From: Blastocladiella emersonii ATCC 22665
Taxonomy: Eukaryota > Fungi > Blastocladiomycota
Reading direction: 5' to 3'
Assembly (NCBI GenBank): GCA_025594325.1
Contig: JANHCV010000013.1
Location: 1,240,001 to 1,304,000 of the forward strand
DNA length: 64,000 nucleotides
In this document: one piece after another, positions 10,981-23,157 of the stretch
How the letters are laid out: each line of letters begins with the position of its first letter
How positions within the stretch are numbered: position 1 is the first letter of the stretch
Notes under the pieces: generated by a model
The model's input: only the letters and a program-made list of their open reading frames with translations
Database searches by the model: none
What the model was told of the DNA's origin: nothing
Position numbers and translations under genes: made by a program

Positions 10981-11823
10981 TCAGTTAAAGTCGTTGCCAC
11001 CGTTGGCCCCCGCCCCTGTCCCGCCATGCGGTTCCATGGCCGGATCGCCCGCGCCGGCCGTGTCAAGCTCGCTGTGCCGCGGGATCGGGACGCGCGAGAT
11101 GGTCCACACAAACTCGTTGTCGGCGGGCGCGTCGCGAGCCGCCAGCGGTGGCCGCCGCTCGTCAGGGCACACGCACGCGCGGTCGCGAATAGCGCGGATC
11201 GGCACGACAATGGGCCGCGTGATGTTAACGTAGCGCACGCGGCTAATACCCGCCACCACCGCCCGCGTCGCGGCCGCCGGATTGAGGTCGTGGTGGCGCA
11301 GCGGGTGCATGGCGAGCGGGTTCAGCGCGGCAAACGCGACGCCGTCGAGCTTGAAAAAGTCGGTGATTTGGCCGTAGATGGACGACATGGCCGGGTCCGG
11401 TTCCGGCATCACGAACCGCGTGTAGCGGTCCAGCGCGGGGAACGCGCCGGCGACCAAGAACATGCGATCCGCCACTGTCGTGGGGATCACGACGCGGACG
11501 ACAGCGTCCTCGCGACACTGGAGCGGCACGCTCGACAGCGTCGCCGAGTGGAACACGGACACGGACGCATGGTAAGCGTTGCGCGAGAGCACCTCGACGT
11601 CGAGCCGCAGCTTGCGGCGGAACCACGAGTACCCGATCGAATCCTCCGTAGCCGCCGATCCGTTGGGCTCGAGAAGCACCGCATGCGAAAAGGACGTGAA
11701 CGCTGCGGCGAGGTCGGTGGAGAGTGGGTGCGCGGTCGTGGTCCGGTGCTCGACGTGGGCCTCGCCCGAGTTGGACCCCCGTCGGCCGGGCAGCAGCGTG
11801 GCGATGCGCGGCACGGCGGCCAC
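10981..11823 (-). CDS. Possible C-terminal remnant of EnSpm/CACTA-type transposase
   Basis: 280-aa ORF inside the element. The segment REDAVVRV...SSIYGQITDFFKLDGVAFAAL...VRYVNITRPIVV resembles the YG(Q/E)I..(F/I) C-terminal region of CACTA transposases. No DDE core is visible. Confidence 0.4.
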   Translation of the reverse strand: MAAVPRIATLLPGRRGSNSGEAHVEHRTTTAHPLSTDLAAAFTSFSHAVLLEPNGSAATEDSIGYSWFRRKLRLDVEVLSRNAYHASVSVFHSATLSSVPLQCREDAVVRVVIPTTVADRMFLVAGAFPALDRYTRFVMPEPDPAMSSIYGQITDFFKLDGVAFAALNPLAMHPLRHHDLNPAAATRAVVAGISRVRYVNITRPIVVPIRAIRDRACVCPDERRPPLAARDAPADNEFVWTISRVPIPRHSELDTAGAGDPAMEPHGGTGAGANGGNDFN

Positions 11824-12803
11824 GGCGGCGCGGATCGTCTGGTCGAGCCTCTGATGGCGGCCGTAAGGTCGTGAAATTCGTCAACCGCGCGCTCCACCAC
11901 GGCGACCGTTACAATTGGGCGATTAGGAAAACGATACTAGCGAACGAGCATCACCCGCTCCCCATAGATCGCTGACAATGCGGAACAAGGAAGGGTACAC
12001 TGGGGGCGCCTCGTGGTGCACTCGAAGGCCTTATAAATAGCTTAGAACTTGTCTGACTTAAGATCCTTGCTTTCCGGGTAGTAGCCGGTCAGAAATCGCC
12101 TGAAGCAGCGTAAGGGTGGCGCTGTGTGGCGGCCTGGTCGAGCTGACAAGAGGTACAGGTTCGCCCAAATGGCGCGGTCTAGAGAAGGCTTTAATGTTGT
12201 TGATGCATTTGCAGTAAGTGACAAAGGTCCCGCGTCGCTGGTGTGTCGGGGTTCGGGAGAGAAGACGTGCGGCGGCCGGCCCGGTGGCAGCCAACCTGCA
12301 GCCAGCCCCGTCGCGGACTCCATTTCTGGACTTCGCCGCGCTCGGCCGCGCTCGTCCGCCATCCGTCGTTTTTCTGACGCTTCGTCGCCTTCCATCCACA
12401 ACACTCGTTCCTTGGGTGACCGACGCTGCGATGCCTGACTAGGTGCGTCCGTTAGACATCGCTTAGGAGTGGATTCGCAAGCTCGCTGGGGTCAACTGGG
12501 GCGATCCGATTCACGCGCGCTTCGACGCGCCCCCGCAGCCCCAGCCAGCAGTACCGTTGGTGCGGGTGATGAGGGAATTCCAGGTGGTGCGTTTTTGAGG
12601 GTGGATAGTAGTTTGCGCGCGAGCACCAAGACGTCTCGCGAGTCGTGGTGAGTGACGAGTCTGCGAGGCAGTGCGTTCTGTTTCCTTACGGGCACGAGGG
12701 CCAACGTTTGAGTATCTACGATTGCTTTTCTGCATCGCTTATGGTGGTCCGTGGTGGCGCGGACGCGTCGGGTGCGGCTCGGGGCGGACGCGCGAGACAG
12801 TGC

Positions 12804-12827
12804 GAGACGCGTCGCGAAAACACGTGA
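12804..12827 (+). promoter_or_regulatory. Composite motif GAGACGCGTCG-CGAAAA-CACGTGA
   Basis: Identical over 24 bp to 34909-34932. Confidence 0.55.
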
Positions 12828-14204
12828 TGCGCGTTTTTTGATCAACGCGCTGCGCGTTGGCCGCTTCGCCGCTTCGGCGGTGGACTCTGCGCTTCCGCGG
12901 CCGCCCGCCCCGCCCGCTCGCTCGCTCCCGCCCCGCCCCTACATAAGCGGGCGGGTCCCCTTGCACCGACTGACGTTCCCGCACACGCTCGCCGCCGCCG
13001 CCATCCCATCCGCCGCTCCACGCCGCCGTCGCTGCACACTCGACCCGCGCCCGCCGACCAAGTGGAGCTTGCCGCCCGACCGATCGACGCTACACGACGA
13101 CGCGCACCCGCCCTCGCACGCTTGGCTCCACGTCACGGTGCGCGTCCCCGCGACTCGCTCGTCACGGCGCACGCGCGCGACGGCGACGTCGGTCGCCCGC
13201 CCGCCCACCTCTCGTGGTGATGGGCGCGAGACTGACGTGGATGCCGCTCCGCCGCCGCCCTGCTCGCCGTCTCTCGCACATCCGCGCCCGCGCAGTGTGT
13301 CTCACTCGCTCTCGTCACGATCCCGTAGCTCGCGCGCCCCGCACCCGCGCTGAGTGGCCCGCGTAGCGCAGCCGCGTCGGTTGCCGACACGACCACGGCG
13401 AGCGGGTACGTCTCCTGCAAGCGCGCTGGGTCGCAGCTCAGTGTCTCACGTCCGATCGCTCGCGCTCGCTGCCCGTCTAGACGCGCGGAGACGGTGCCAA
13501 CTCAGCGCTCAAGCTTGACGAAGTCGCGTGCGGTCTCGGTACGATCGCGCTTCTCGCCTCCACCAGCGCGGCGATGACTAACTCGGCGCCTGCCGCGATC
13601 CGTTCCTTCTATTCGAGCGCTCAGGTGCCGCGGCGGCCAAGGCGGGCGCGACACGGGTACGTTCTCGCTCTGCTTGCACGACAGCTCCCTCGATCCCGCT
13701 CCTCACCTCGGTCTCCCGCGCTCGCCCCGCTGTAGCCTCGACCGAGCGCGTCAAGTGCTTCAAGATGACCACGCCCGCGAGTGACGGCGGCGGCGCGAGG
13801 ACCGCGGCAGCGGCGCGCGCGCGTGCATGGGCTCAACGCGGGCGCGGCGCGGGTGCGGTGCGGGCGGACCGTGGTCGTGGTCGTGGCGGCGGCGGTCGTC
13901 GCAGTACCCGCTTTTTTTTTGCGTCCCGTGATCCCTATACAAAGGTCCTTTGTATACTTTGGACGGATTCCTTTGTGAAGCTTTGAGGACGCTTAGGCCA
14001 AAAACCGCGCAAAAGGAACCGCAGTCCAAAGGATTCAAAGCGACTTGAACCGGCTCTCACCCAAAGTTTTCAAAGTAACTCAGTCGCCGCAAAGGACTCC
14101 AAAGTGACTTAGAAGTGTTCCGTCCAAAGGAAACGCAAAGTAAACTCCAAAGGGACTTTGCCAATCCTTTGTATCCTTTGGAGCCCGGGGCCCTTTTCAC
14201 TGTG

Positions 14205-16048
14205 CGTGGAGAAGAAGCAACTAATCCCCAGGCTCTTTCGCACCGCCAATACTCAGTTCCCTCAGCTTCAGCCTCTTGATTACGTGGAGCTACTTCTCGC
14301 GACTATCGGCACTCGACGGAACTCAGTTTTCCGCCGACTTCTGTCGGATTTGGCAGAAACGTGGCCGCTCTTGTTGCAGGTCACGCGGCCGTGGGGTATC
14401 TGGACCGCACACATGCGCCTTGCTTCGGGCGGCGATAACGAAGGCTGGATGTACGACTTTTGGGACGAGGAGGAGGGCGAGTTTGCGATCCACGAGGGCG
14501 ACTTTCCCGACCGACCCGGTACGACCAGCCATCGGCTCACACTGGTCGAGTTTCTTGTTTACTCGGCGGTTTCGCGCTGGGATTACAATGCTCTTGAACC
14601 CTTCTCGACCCACGCATTGGTCTCGACGTGCCGGTCGTAATCAAGTTTTTCCGGTTCAAACCTGCCACCTACCTTGCACTTGAAGCTTTTTCGCGCTCAA
14701 CGGCGACGGCTACAGCGATGCAAGTCCTTGATTGGCTCGTAGCTCACGGGTGGACCAACTCCTGTCCTGTGTACACGCGCCCGCTCGTTCAACTGGTTTC
14801 TCGCTGTGGCCCAACTGCTCTCGCTCATGCGCTTACACATTACCCGGATGTCCTTCTTGAGGGCTTGCCAGAGCTCTACCTTGATTACGTTACCGTTTGC
14901 CCCATCTCTTGGTTTACTACCCAACCGCTAATTGCGCCTTCCGAGCTCGCTGTTATTCTTGAGTACAAGTTGCTTGACGCTGACCGCTGGAATTGGGACC
15001 ACGCTGTTGCCCACGCTCTGCAAAATAGCCCTGGATGTCTCGAGCTGATTCGCGCGTACCTCGGTGAGGTCAAGTGGCTCGTGACGATCAAAAGCGGTAC
15101 GAGCGGTCCATCTTGTGTCGTTAGTCATCGCTCACGTTCGAGTGTCATTGTGTAGCGATCCGCATCGTCGTCATGAAGCAGGGCTCCTTGTCAGTGCCAG
15201 TGCCCTACGGCGAGCAGGCGAGGCCTGAGATACCCTTAGCCGCGACGCACGCACAGGCTCTCGTCCGTTATACGCGCGAGGTCGGGCTACGTGATCGCTT
15301 GGACATGATTGCTGAGGCCATTGTCGGCTGCGCCAAAGTGCAGAACGACTCGACTGCCGATGCGCTCACGCGACTTCTGTTTTGCGACATGGTCGCCGAC
15401 CCAGTAGATCTCGTTGCTATTGCGTGCAAGGTAATTCAGCTTCATGGTAACAGCACCGAGACGTTCGACAGAGACTGCGTCCTTTCGCTTTCGTGGCTCG
15501 CCATGGTCGCATTTGGCTCCGAGAGCACGCGCGCTCGCGCCCTTGACTTTGTAACCGAGACAGGCACCGCTTCGTGCTGGCTCGAGGAGATGCTGTGGAC
15601 GGCCGTTGACTCTACCAGCCCGACCAATCTCACTGCTCCCGGTCTTGTGCTCTGCACCAGGTGTCCGTTCAAGTACCAACCTGCGTGGCGCGATGCGACC
15701 GCTGCACTTTTGGCTCGTTTCCCTTCCGCGGTACTCAGAGTTGGCATCCGGCGCACATCTACGTTTCCTTTACCTGTGCAGCGCGACGGCCGCACGCTCG
15801 TTGCGGACTTGGTTCAAGCGCTCGCCGACGAGAAGGAGAACTCGTGCTGCGCTCCAAACGCGCCCAGTGGCGGGCCGACGCGTTACCTGCTCGAGTCGTT
15901 TGCGAGCGCCAAGCCGCAGTGGGTGCCTGTACTCATTGAAGCCCATGCGCCAGTTCCTCTGGAGATGCTCGAAGTGTTGTCCAAGTTCACCCGCCGTGGT
16001 GTGTCCGGGACGACGAAGCCTGTTGCCATGGTGAAGCGCACGAAATGA
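14205..16048 (+). pseudogene. Family 1 gene, 3' part (tandem copy 1)
   Basis: PLDYVELLL...RRLL...WPLLLQVTRPW aligns with the 16449 gene. Intron 15097-15155 joins to ORF 15173..16048 (LCTRCPFKYQPAWRD). Confidence 0.75.
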
Positions 16049-16292
16049 GCTGCTCGAGTGTTGCTCGTCCCTGCGCGCTGAGCGCTACATTGCTCCTGTG
16101 AGGGTTTGAAGGCCTGGGTTCATATATATGTTGTTCTTGCACGCAGTGCAAAGTATTGGCATGAACGCGCGTTGGATCACGCAAATCACTCTCACTACTG
16201 CTTGTTGGGGTCAGGGCCAAAATCGCTCGTTTGAAGACGAACCTAGTAATGAAAATACTGTCCGACGGCACGTTACCCGGGAGACGCGTTTG

Positions 16293-16316
16293 GAGACGCG
16301 TCGGAATATCATGTGA
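16293..16316 (+). promoter_or_regulatory. Composite motif GAGACGCGTCG-GAATAT-CATGTGA
   Basis: About 133 bp upstream of ATG 16449, same orientation. Confidence 0.65.
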
Positions 16317-16448
16317 TGCTTGAGACGCACGTGCTCGACGCGTCGCGCGCGGTCCCACGGTGCGTCGCGCGCTGCGCGCCGCGTTCCCCCTCATCCGTAG
16401 CGTTTCTCTCTTTCTCGTTCGACACCCTCCAACACTTCACTTGCAGCA

Positions 16449-18582
16449 ATGGATGACTACATGCATTCGGCGGCGGCCGTGCCGCCGACCCTCGCCGATG
16501 TGCCTCCCGAGCTCCTGATCATTATGTGCCAGCTCGTTCGGCCAAACTTTGCCATCGCTGCCGCTTCGAGGCATCTGCTTCTCGCCGTCAAGGAGCGGCC
16601 TGTCATGTCGGCATGGTCATTCTCGAAGGTCCTCCAGCTCGGCGCCAAGGCGTCGTTCTATTTCGTGGAGCGTCCAGCTTGGGACGGAAATTTGCTTAAC
16701 TATTTACTCACCGTCAGCGCGTTGCTCAATCCGCGCCAAGCAATTAAATTCGACGTCCGAAACCTGTTCTTCCTTTTGCAGCAGGCCGAGTGTCGTACCA
16801 CCTGCCGATGCACTCCAGTCGGTTGGTGCATTGCTCAACATGATGCATTGCTAAGCGCATTTGCCGCCTCCTTCTGCGGCCCACAGCTCGCTCGGCTCGC
16901 CTCCGGCAAACTTGTCCAGCAACTGACCGACGAACTCCGCCGTGGCCATGTTCCCCACTACGCTCCAACCTTTCAGCATCCCCGGCCCGTGCTGTTCCAG
17001 TACGTCGAGCTCCTGGTCGCGGCCGTTGTCACACAGCGTCGCTCGGCCTTCCGTCAACTACTTCACGAGGTTGTCCGATACGCTCCGCTCCTGCTGCAGA
17101 TTGTGCGGCCATTGCGGGAGTGGCTCACGCCTACATCCAACTTACCGCGTGAAACAATCCTGGGCGACTGGAATGTGGCTGGTCCAGGGACTCCCGTCGA
17201 CTTTCCGCTGCGTTTGGTCGACTTTTTTGCGTACTTGGCAATTTCTGGCTGGTTCCACGACGCGTTTGAGCCCCTGCTCAACCCGGCCATGGGTCCCGAC
17301 GTGCCCGTGCTCGTCCAACTTTTCCGGTGCGAGGATATCATCAACAATGTCGCGGGGAATTTCGAGAATGCCTCATCCCGGCTGGTTCGGTCTTGCGAGC
17401 CCGGCACCGAGCTGCGTGTTCTCGACTGGCCTACTGCAAACGTCTGGAGCAACATGGCGTCCGTGCTCGTGAACTCGCTTGTGACGCGATGCGTTACCAA
17501 CAAGCCGGCATCCACCGAGCAGCCACAGTCGTTCTCGTTCAGTAATCAGAAGCACTCGGATCCCATTCCGGACTTTGTTGTCGCGGCGTGGTTCGGCTTG
17601 ATGCGTGCGCATCTCGGGGACGAGAAGTGGACCTCGACAGTCAACGAAGGTACGTCTCGCCATTGTCGAATTGAGTGAGCTTCGTTGACGGTTGCATGTC
17701 GTGTCCGCGCGTGTAGTGATTCGTGTCGCGATCTTGGGACCGCAGAACGACCGCATTCAGAGCAAGATGTTCCTTGCCCCGACCTATTTGCAAGTCTTGC
17801 TTCGCTTCGCATCCGAGTCCGGGCCCGAGGATTTCAACGATGCCTTCGTCAAGGCGATCCTCAATTGTTTGGGCATGCCTGGAGACTCACCGCTTTACGC
17901 TCTCACGCGTCTACTCGGCCATCGCGTGATTGCGGAGCCCATTGACCTGCTTTACATCGCAAGCCAAGTCTTTCGCAGCATCAACTATAACATCCACGCC
18001 TTGCCGACCAGGTGTTCGACCTTACTCGCCCTTATCGCCACGGCGGCCATCAGCTCGGCCGACACGCGGGCCTTTACGCTCGACATCATCTCCAACACTG
18101 GCACTGCGGCTTGCTGGCTCAAGCAAATGCTTTGGACGTCCGCAAACGGCACGGTCGCATCTGATCTCACTTGCCCAGGCTTGATGCTTTGTGCCAGATG
18201 CCCCTTCACACACCAAGCTGCGTATCGCGATACGCTCACCGCCCTGCTCGACCGATTCCCGTCCATGGTGCGCCACGTTGGGGTGGATTCTCAACGCATG
18301 ACGCTGGGCTGCTCGCATGACTGCCCCGCCCGTGTGCTCGTCGTCAACTTGGCGAACGCGCTGTGTCGCGAGGCAAGCGAAGCCGCACACAAGCGAGCGT
18401 GCTGCGCCTCGGAGGCACCCAGTGGTGGCCCGATGTGCTTTCTGCTCAAGTCATTTGCTCGCGCGGACCCGCAGTGGGCGCCCGCCTTCACCGCGGCGCA
18501 CAGCCCCGTTCCATCGCAGGTTCTCGACGTGCTGGCTGCGGCTTCGCTTGAAGACGAATCGACTTCCTCCAATAGTGAGTAG
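16449..18582 (+). CDS. Family 1 F-box-like/CxxC protein (tandem copy 2), apparently intact, about 690 aa
   Basis: ORFs 16449..17678 and 17692..18582 are joined in frame by a phase-1 intron at 17650-17716 (GTACGT...GTAG). N-terminal LADVPPELL motif and C-terminal LCARCPF.HQAAYRD motif. Confidence 0.75.
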
Positions 18583-18724
18583 GAAGCGATCGTGCTCCAC
18601 TGGCAGGTGTACTGGATATCTTCTCGTACGCCGTGCGTGAACGACTGACTTGTAGGAAGCGATTGTGCTCCACTGGCAGGTGTACTGTATATCTTCTCGT
18701 ACGCCGTGCGTGAACGACTGACTT
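18579..18724 (+). repeat. 73-bp direct tandem duplication (2 copies)
   Basis: 18579-18651 and 18652-18724 differ at only 2 positions. Starts at the stop codon of the upstream gene. Confidence 0.95.
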
Positions 18725-18908
18725 GAATCTCCGACGGGAAGCTGAATACAAACAAACAACATTTGCATGACGACCGAAGTCCAAAAAACAACCAGCAGCA
18801 CATCAGATTTGGCGGTTCGCTCGACCCTCCATCGTTCCGCCTTTCCTCGGTTACTCGGCCATCTCACAATGGTGCTATGCTACGCTGAAGCCACTGCTCA
18901 ACCCGCGC

Positions 18909-20144
18909 GTGGGTCTCGACATGTCCGCGCTCATCGAGTACTTACGCTCCAACTTTGCCACGTATCATCTGCTCGATTGCTTCCAGAGTCCTCCATCATG
19001 GCTCCCTGGGACGCCCATGTCCGAGTCCAACATGCAACTTCTCGACTGGCTCATCTCAAACGTTTGGTCCAACATGGCAGTTGCCCTGGTGAACTCGCTT
19101 GTCACCCAAATCCTCTCTGGCGAGCTTTCCAAGAAGCGGTCAAGTGGCCCGACTGAATCCTTCATCCACGGGCGACTCGAATCGATCCGTATACATTTCG
19201 GCAAGGACAGATGGATCGCGACGATCGAGGAGGGTACGTACATTCAACCTAGTGTCGGTTTCCCGTCTGACAGATTCTTGCGTAGTATTCCGCGTCGCAA
19301 TCAGAAAGCCGCCAGTTGGCGTGGCTGCAGTCAAAAAGCTGATTGCTCCCTGCCACCCGCAAGTCCTCGTCCGCTTTGCCATGAAGGCGGGTCTCGGCGA
19401 TTGTTCGGACGTGTTCGCTGAGCTCATTCTCGGTTTTGCGGGTGCAGTCGAGGACTCGCCTCTCCTTGCGCTTCAACGCTTTCTCGGGGACCACATTCTC
19501 GCGGCTCCCATCGATCTGCTTTCCATTGTGAACAAGCTATCCAGCGCATCGGTGACTCGACAAACGGCTTGCCCACCGGCTGCACTAGTCTTCTTGCCTT
19601 TATTGCCACGGTGGCTGTCGGTTCTCCGACCACTCGCACCCGTGCTCTTGCGATTGTGGCCGAGACGAGTACTGCGTCGTGGTGGCTCGAAGAAATGCTC
19701 TGGGCCTCGACGACTACTCTCATCCGAGGCGACCTCTCTTTCGCTGACCTCAAACTCTGTGCCAAATGTCCCTTAACACACCAATCTGCGTTCCGCGACG
19801 CGCTTGATGCACTTCTGGAACGGTTCCCAACCGCGGTTCGCACTGTTGGGATGAATCGCAGCCGCAAGGAGCCAGACAGCCTCTTTACCCAGTCTCGTGG
19901 GCTCGCCGCCAGCCTGGCAATTGCGCTTGACTACGAGCTCATGGGTGCGTGTGGCATCCGAGCGTGTTGCGCTCGAAAGCCGGCGGTGATGTACCTCCTC
20001 GCGTCCTTTGCACGCGCGGACCCGGAGTGGGTCACTGCATTCAAGCATGCTTACGACCCCGTTCCGCAGCAACTGCTTGATGCGCTGATCAAAGTCACTA
20101 TCGACGGGACTGGATCGGCGTCAACTCGTGCTAACGAGTCTTAG
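18909..20144 (+). pseudogene. Family 1 tandem copy 3, 5'-truncated and frameshifted
   Basis: MQLLDWLISNVWSNMAVALVNSLVT matches copy 2. Same intron at 19234-19285, frameshift at about 19540-19570, and LCAKCPLTHQSAFRD motif. Confidence 0.75.
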
Positions 20145-20635
20145 GCGATAGTTCAAGTCTGGTTGTTTGCTTCCTTGAGCATTTACTCTCGCGGCCGCTC
20201 CTCTCTATTGGGGCGTTTGGAGCACCTCCACTTAACTCCTACATAAATATCTTGAATGCGAACATTCTTTAAGTGCCCACACGCTTAGAAAGCAGCTCGT
20301 CTTGGCCGTTTCGCGACCGCTTTCCGTCACGTGAGTGGCGCGGCGCGGCGAAACGCGTACATCGTTTCGTCAACCATGGGCGATTCTACGTAAGCGACGC
20401 ACTAAGAGAAAATAACGAAAACGAGCATATCACGGGTAAAAGGTAGCTGTCCATCATCATGCGGGGCGTCCCCGTTCAGCGCGGCCACCACTTGCTCCCA
20501 CGGCGTCCATTCAATGGAACAAGTTGTTCCACTCAGCGTGCCGAAAAACAGAGCATACAAAAATATTGGGTAATCAAACATCAAACATCAAACCGGGACC
20601 AGGAAGCGGGCACGGTAGCGCTTCGTATCATTCCG

Positions 20636-22935
20636 CTACTCCGTAAACATGGCCGACGCGTACTTGTTTGGGGGGAGCCGCTGGAGCTCGTCAAGGTGAC
20701 GCTGGCAGGTCCCTTGAGCTTTGACAATTTTACGGATCTGCTTCGTCGTCGTAAACTCTTCCAGGGAACCGGAGGGCAATGTACTGGAGAGCTTTGTTGA
20801 GAACGGCGCAAGTAGCTCGAGTAGCAGGACGACCAGCGTCGCGTCATGCTTGAGCAGTGCGGCAAGCGCAAACTTGGTCGAATCGTTGACGTGACGCTCC
20901 GTGCAAGTGTGACAATCCGATCGACCGCGAGACGAGTCGTCATCGCCATAGCTGCCCATGTACCTTGTGGAATCCAGAAAGGCCGCGAGAAGTTGCGCCA
21001 TTACGGGCCCTCGAGGGGCGGCAGCAACGAGCTGCGCAAAATTATCGCGCCACACAGACTCGTGCGTCGTCAAGCAGCTGGGACGTGTCTGAAAGTGACT
21101 AGCAAGCTCTTTGGGAGCGCTGTTGGGAAACATAAGGCGGACCGTGATCATAGCGCCTACAAGGTGTCCAGCGGCGCCTGCTTTGAGCACAATCCCGAGA
21201 GCACGATCTACAAGCTGCGGCCTCGCGAAAGTGACCTCGCCCAGGCAAGCGAATACAAGGGTCTTCCCCCAGTACAGGGCGATGTCTTGCACACGTTCAC
21301 GGACAAGGTGCGGACTGACGATGGATAAAATCTCGAGCAGCTCGTCATCGGTGTTGGTCCTGCCGTCCAGGAAAGCGTTGATGAACGAAAAGGAGCGGAA
21401 GCCCTCGTGAGACTCGAAAGTAGCCGCTATGTGCGGGACGAGGTTGGACGAGGAAGTTTCGCGGGCAAGCTGAGCAAGCCCCCGCATTGAGCTTCCGCTG
21501 TAAATGGGCCTGTACTCCTCGAAGGCTACAAGTATGCGGCCAGGGGTCAGTACCAGGGTCGAACACCGCAAGTCGCCCAGTTGAGCGTACCTGCGACAAG
21601 CACATTATCCCACATGGACGGCGAAAAAAGCGAATGGAGCGCTTTGGAATAATCGCGCGCAAGAGGAGCATCGAACCCGCGGGCGATGATTCGACCGATC
21701 ATTGGCGGTTGCAGCAGGCCGTGAGTTACAAGCGGATCAAGCACATCAACGGGCAGCTCTCTGCAAGCCTCGGGCTCCTCTTCAGGATTGAACCAGCCGC
21801 CAATCGAGTAGCTGACTCGGCTGAGCTGTTCCGAGGTGAGAGACCCACATATATGGTCGGGGAAACGAAGCAGGAGTTCTGAGAGAGCGAACGGGTCGTG
21901 CTGGCCGAGTCCACACGTGATTGCAGTCATGAAGTCGTTGGGAATAGTGTAGTCGCGCGATAAAAACACGGTCACCACTTGTGAAAGACCGTCGGTCTCG
22001 GGCGGAGGATATTGCTCAAGCGGTTCGAACATGAGGTCAAGGACCGGCTCGAGTGAGAGAAACCCGAGCACTTCGGCAGGCGAGACGCCAAATTGTGGAT
22101 CAAGGAAGAGCTTGAGAGGATCCGGCTTCCAACACGCGACCGCAACAAAAGTGAAGAAATCGGTCAGAGTCGGCTCGTACGATGAACGATCATCTGCGTC
22201 AGAGAATTTGGAAGTGTCAATGCAGAAAATCGCGCAAAAGTGAGCAAGGCTGTCCCACATAAACCAAGGCAGCCGGGTGACGAGAAGTTGGGGCCAGCAC
22301 CGCTCAATTTCCTTGAGCGCGTGTTCGAGGAGTTTCCGATCGTTGAGGGCGATTGCGGCCGAAAGCATTCGGACAACTAGGGCAACCGGGCGTGCGTACG
22401 GCGAGGCGGGCAACGGGCCGTCCAATGACCTTTCAAAAACGAGTTCCAGAACCGGCACAATCTGGCTCGCACTCCGACCAGTAAGCTGGGCGTGGGCGAG
22501 CGAGCTTGCGCACGAAAAGATGGCGCGAAACAAGGCACCGACTGCCGCGACGCGCGCGTCGTAAACTGCCGCTGTCGCAGGACCCTGGTCAGCACGGTCG
22601 AGCTGGCCTTGAAGCTCATAGATGGCGGTGCAAAGGATTGAGTCGCAATCAAGCAGACGTTTCTCCGACGCGGGCGGCTTGGTCGGACCTGAGCACCCGT
22701 TTTCGAACGACATCGCAAGTTGGACGAGTTCACGCTCCGTCCAAACCCGTAGCACCAGGCGGTCGCGGCAATTGTACGCCAGCTCGCGCGATGCCGCCGC
22801 CACTGCTGCGCGGGCCGTCGATAGCTGAGACACGACCGCGGCCACTTCGCTCGGGAGCCCTAACAACGATAAACAGCACATGTCGGCCGATCGCTCAATC
22901 GATTGCATGGAGTTATTCATTTCAAGAAGCTTCAT
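20636..22935 (-). CDS. Family 1 F-box-like/CxxC-related protein, apparently intact, about 744 aa
   Basis: Phase-1 intron 21526-21590 (GTACGC...TACTGAC...TAG) joins ORFs 21547..23040 and 20636..21571. N-terminal LSLLGLPSEVAAVVSQL...AAASRE...VWT. Confidence 0.75.
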
Positions 22936-23157
22936 GGGAGGTGCAGTGACGAGCGTTTGGGGAGGCGAGGCACGACGCGCTGTCCCCGCGCGCGCACTTC
23001 GGCGAGGTGACTCGACGCGCTCGACCCTCCCTCCGTTCACCTCTGCGACGCCGGACTTGGACCCTCACTCTGACTGGCTTTCAGCTGAGTAAAACAATGC
23101 TTGAGTTAGAAAACTTATCAAACGCTAAACAATGATCTACGGGTGCTCATTCCGCGC

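Larger units (their letters stand above)
10656..14204. mobile_element. Probable non-autonomous CMC/CACTA(EnSpm)-like element
   Basis: Imperfect 13-bp TIR (CAAAGTGAACAGG vs reverse-complemented CACAGTGAAAAGG). Dense subterminal CAAAGT/CAAAGG repeats in both orientations at about 10670-10860 and 13930-14185, with shared GGCAAAGTYCCTTTGKAG. Splits a family 1 gene. No TSD seen. Confidence 0.65.

Noticed and set aside
14198-14204. CACTGTG (reverse complement CACAGTG), the RSS heptamer, suggesting a Transib/RAG-like element
   Set aside because: No nonamer at 12- or 23-bp spacing, no 5-bp TSD and no RAG1-like ORF. The subterminal repeat arrays fit CACTA-like architecture better.
18579-18724. CRISPR-like repeat
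   Set aside because: Two adjacent 73-bp copies without spacers, eukaryotic context, no cas genes.
15173-20144. Apparent repeated two-gene operon (A-B modules)
   Set aside because: Each A-B pair is joined in frame by a canonical phase-1 intron, so each is a single gene.
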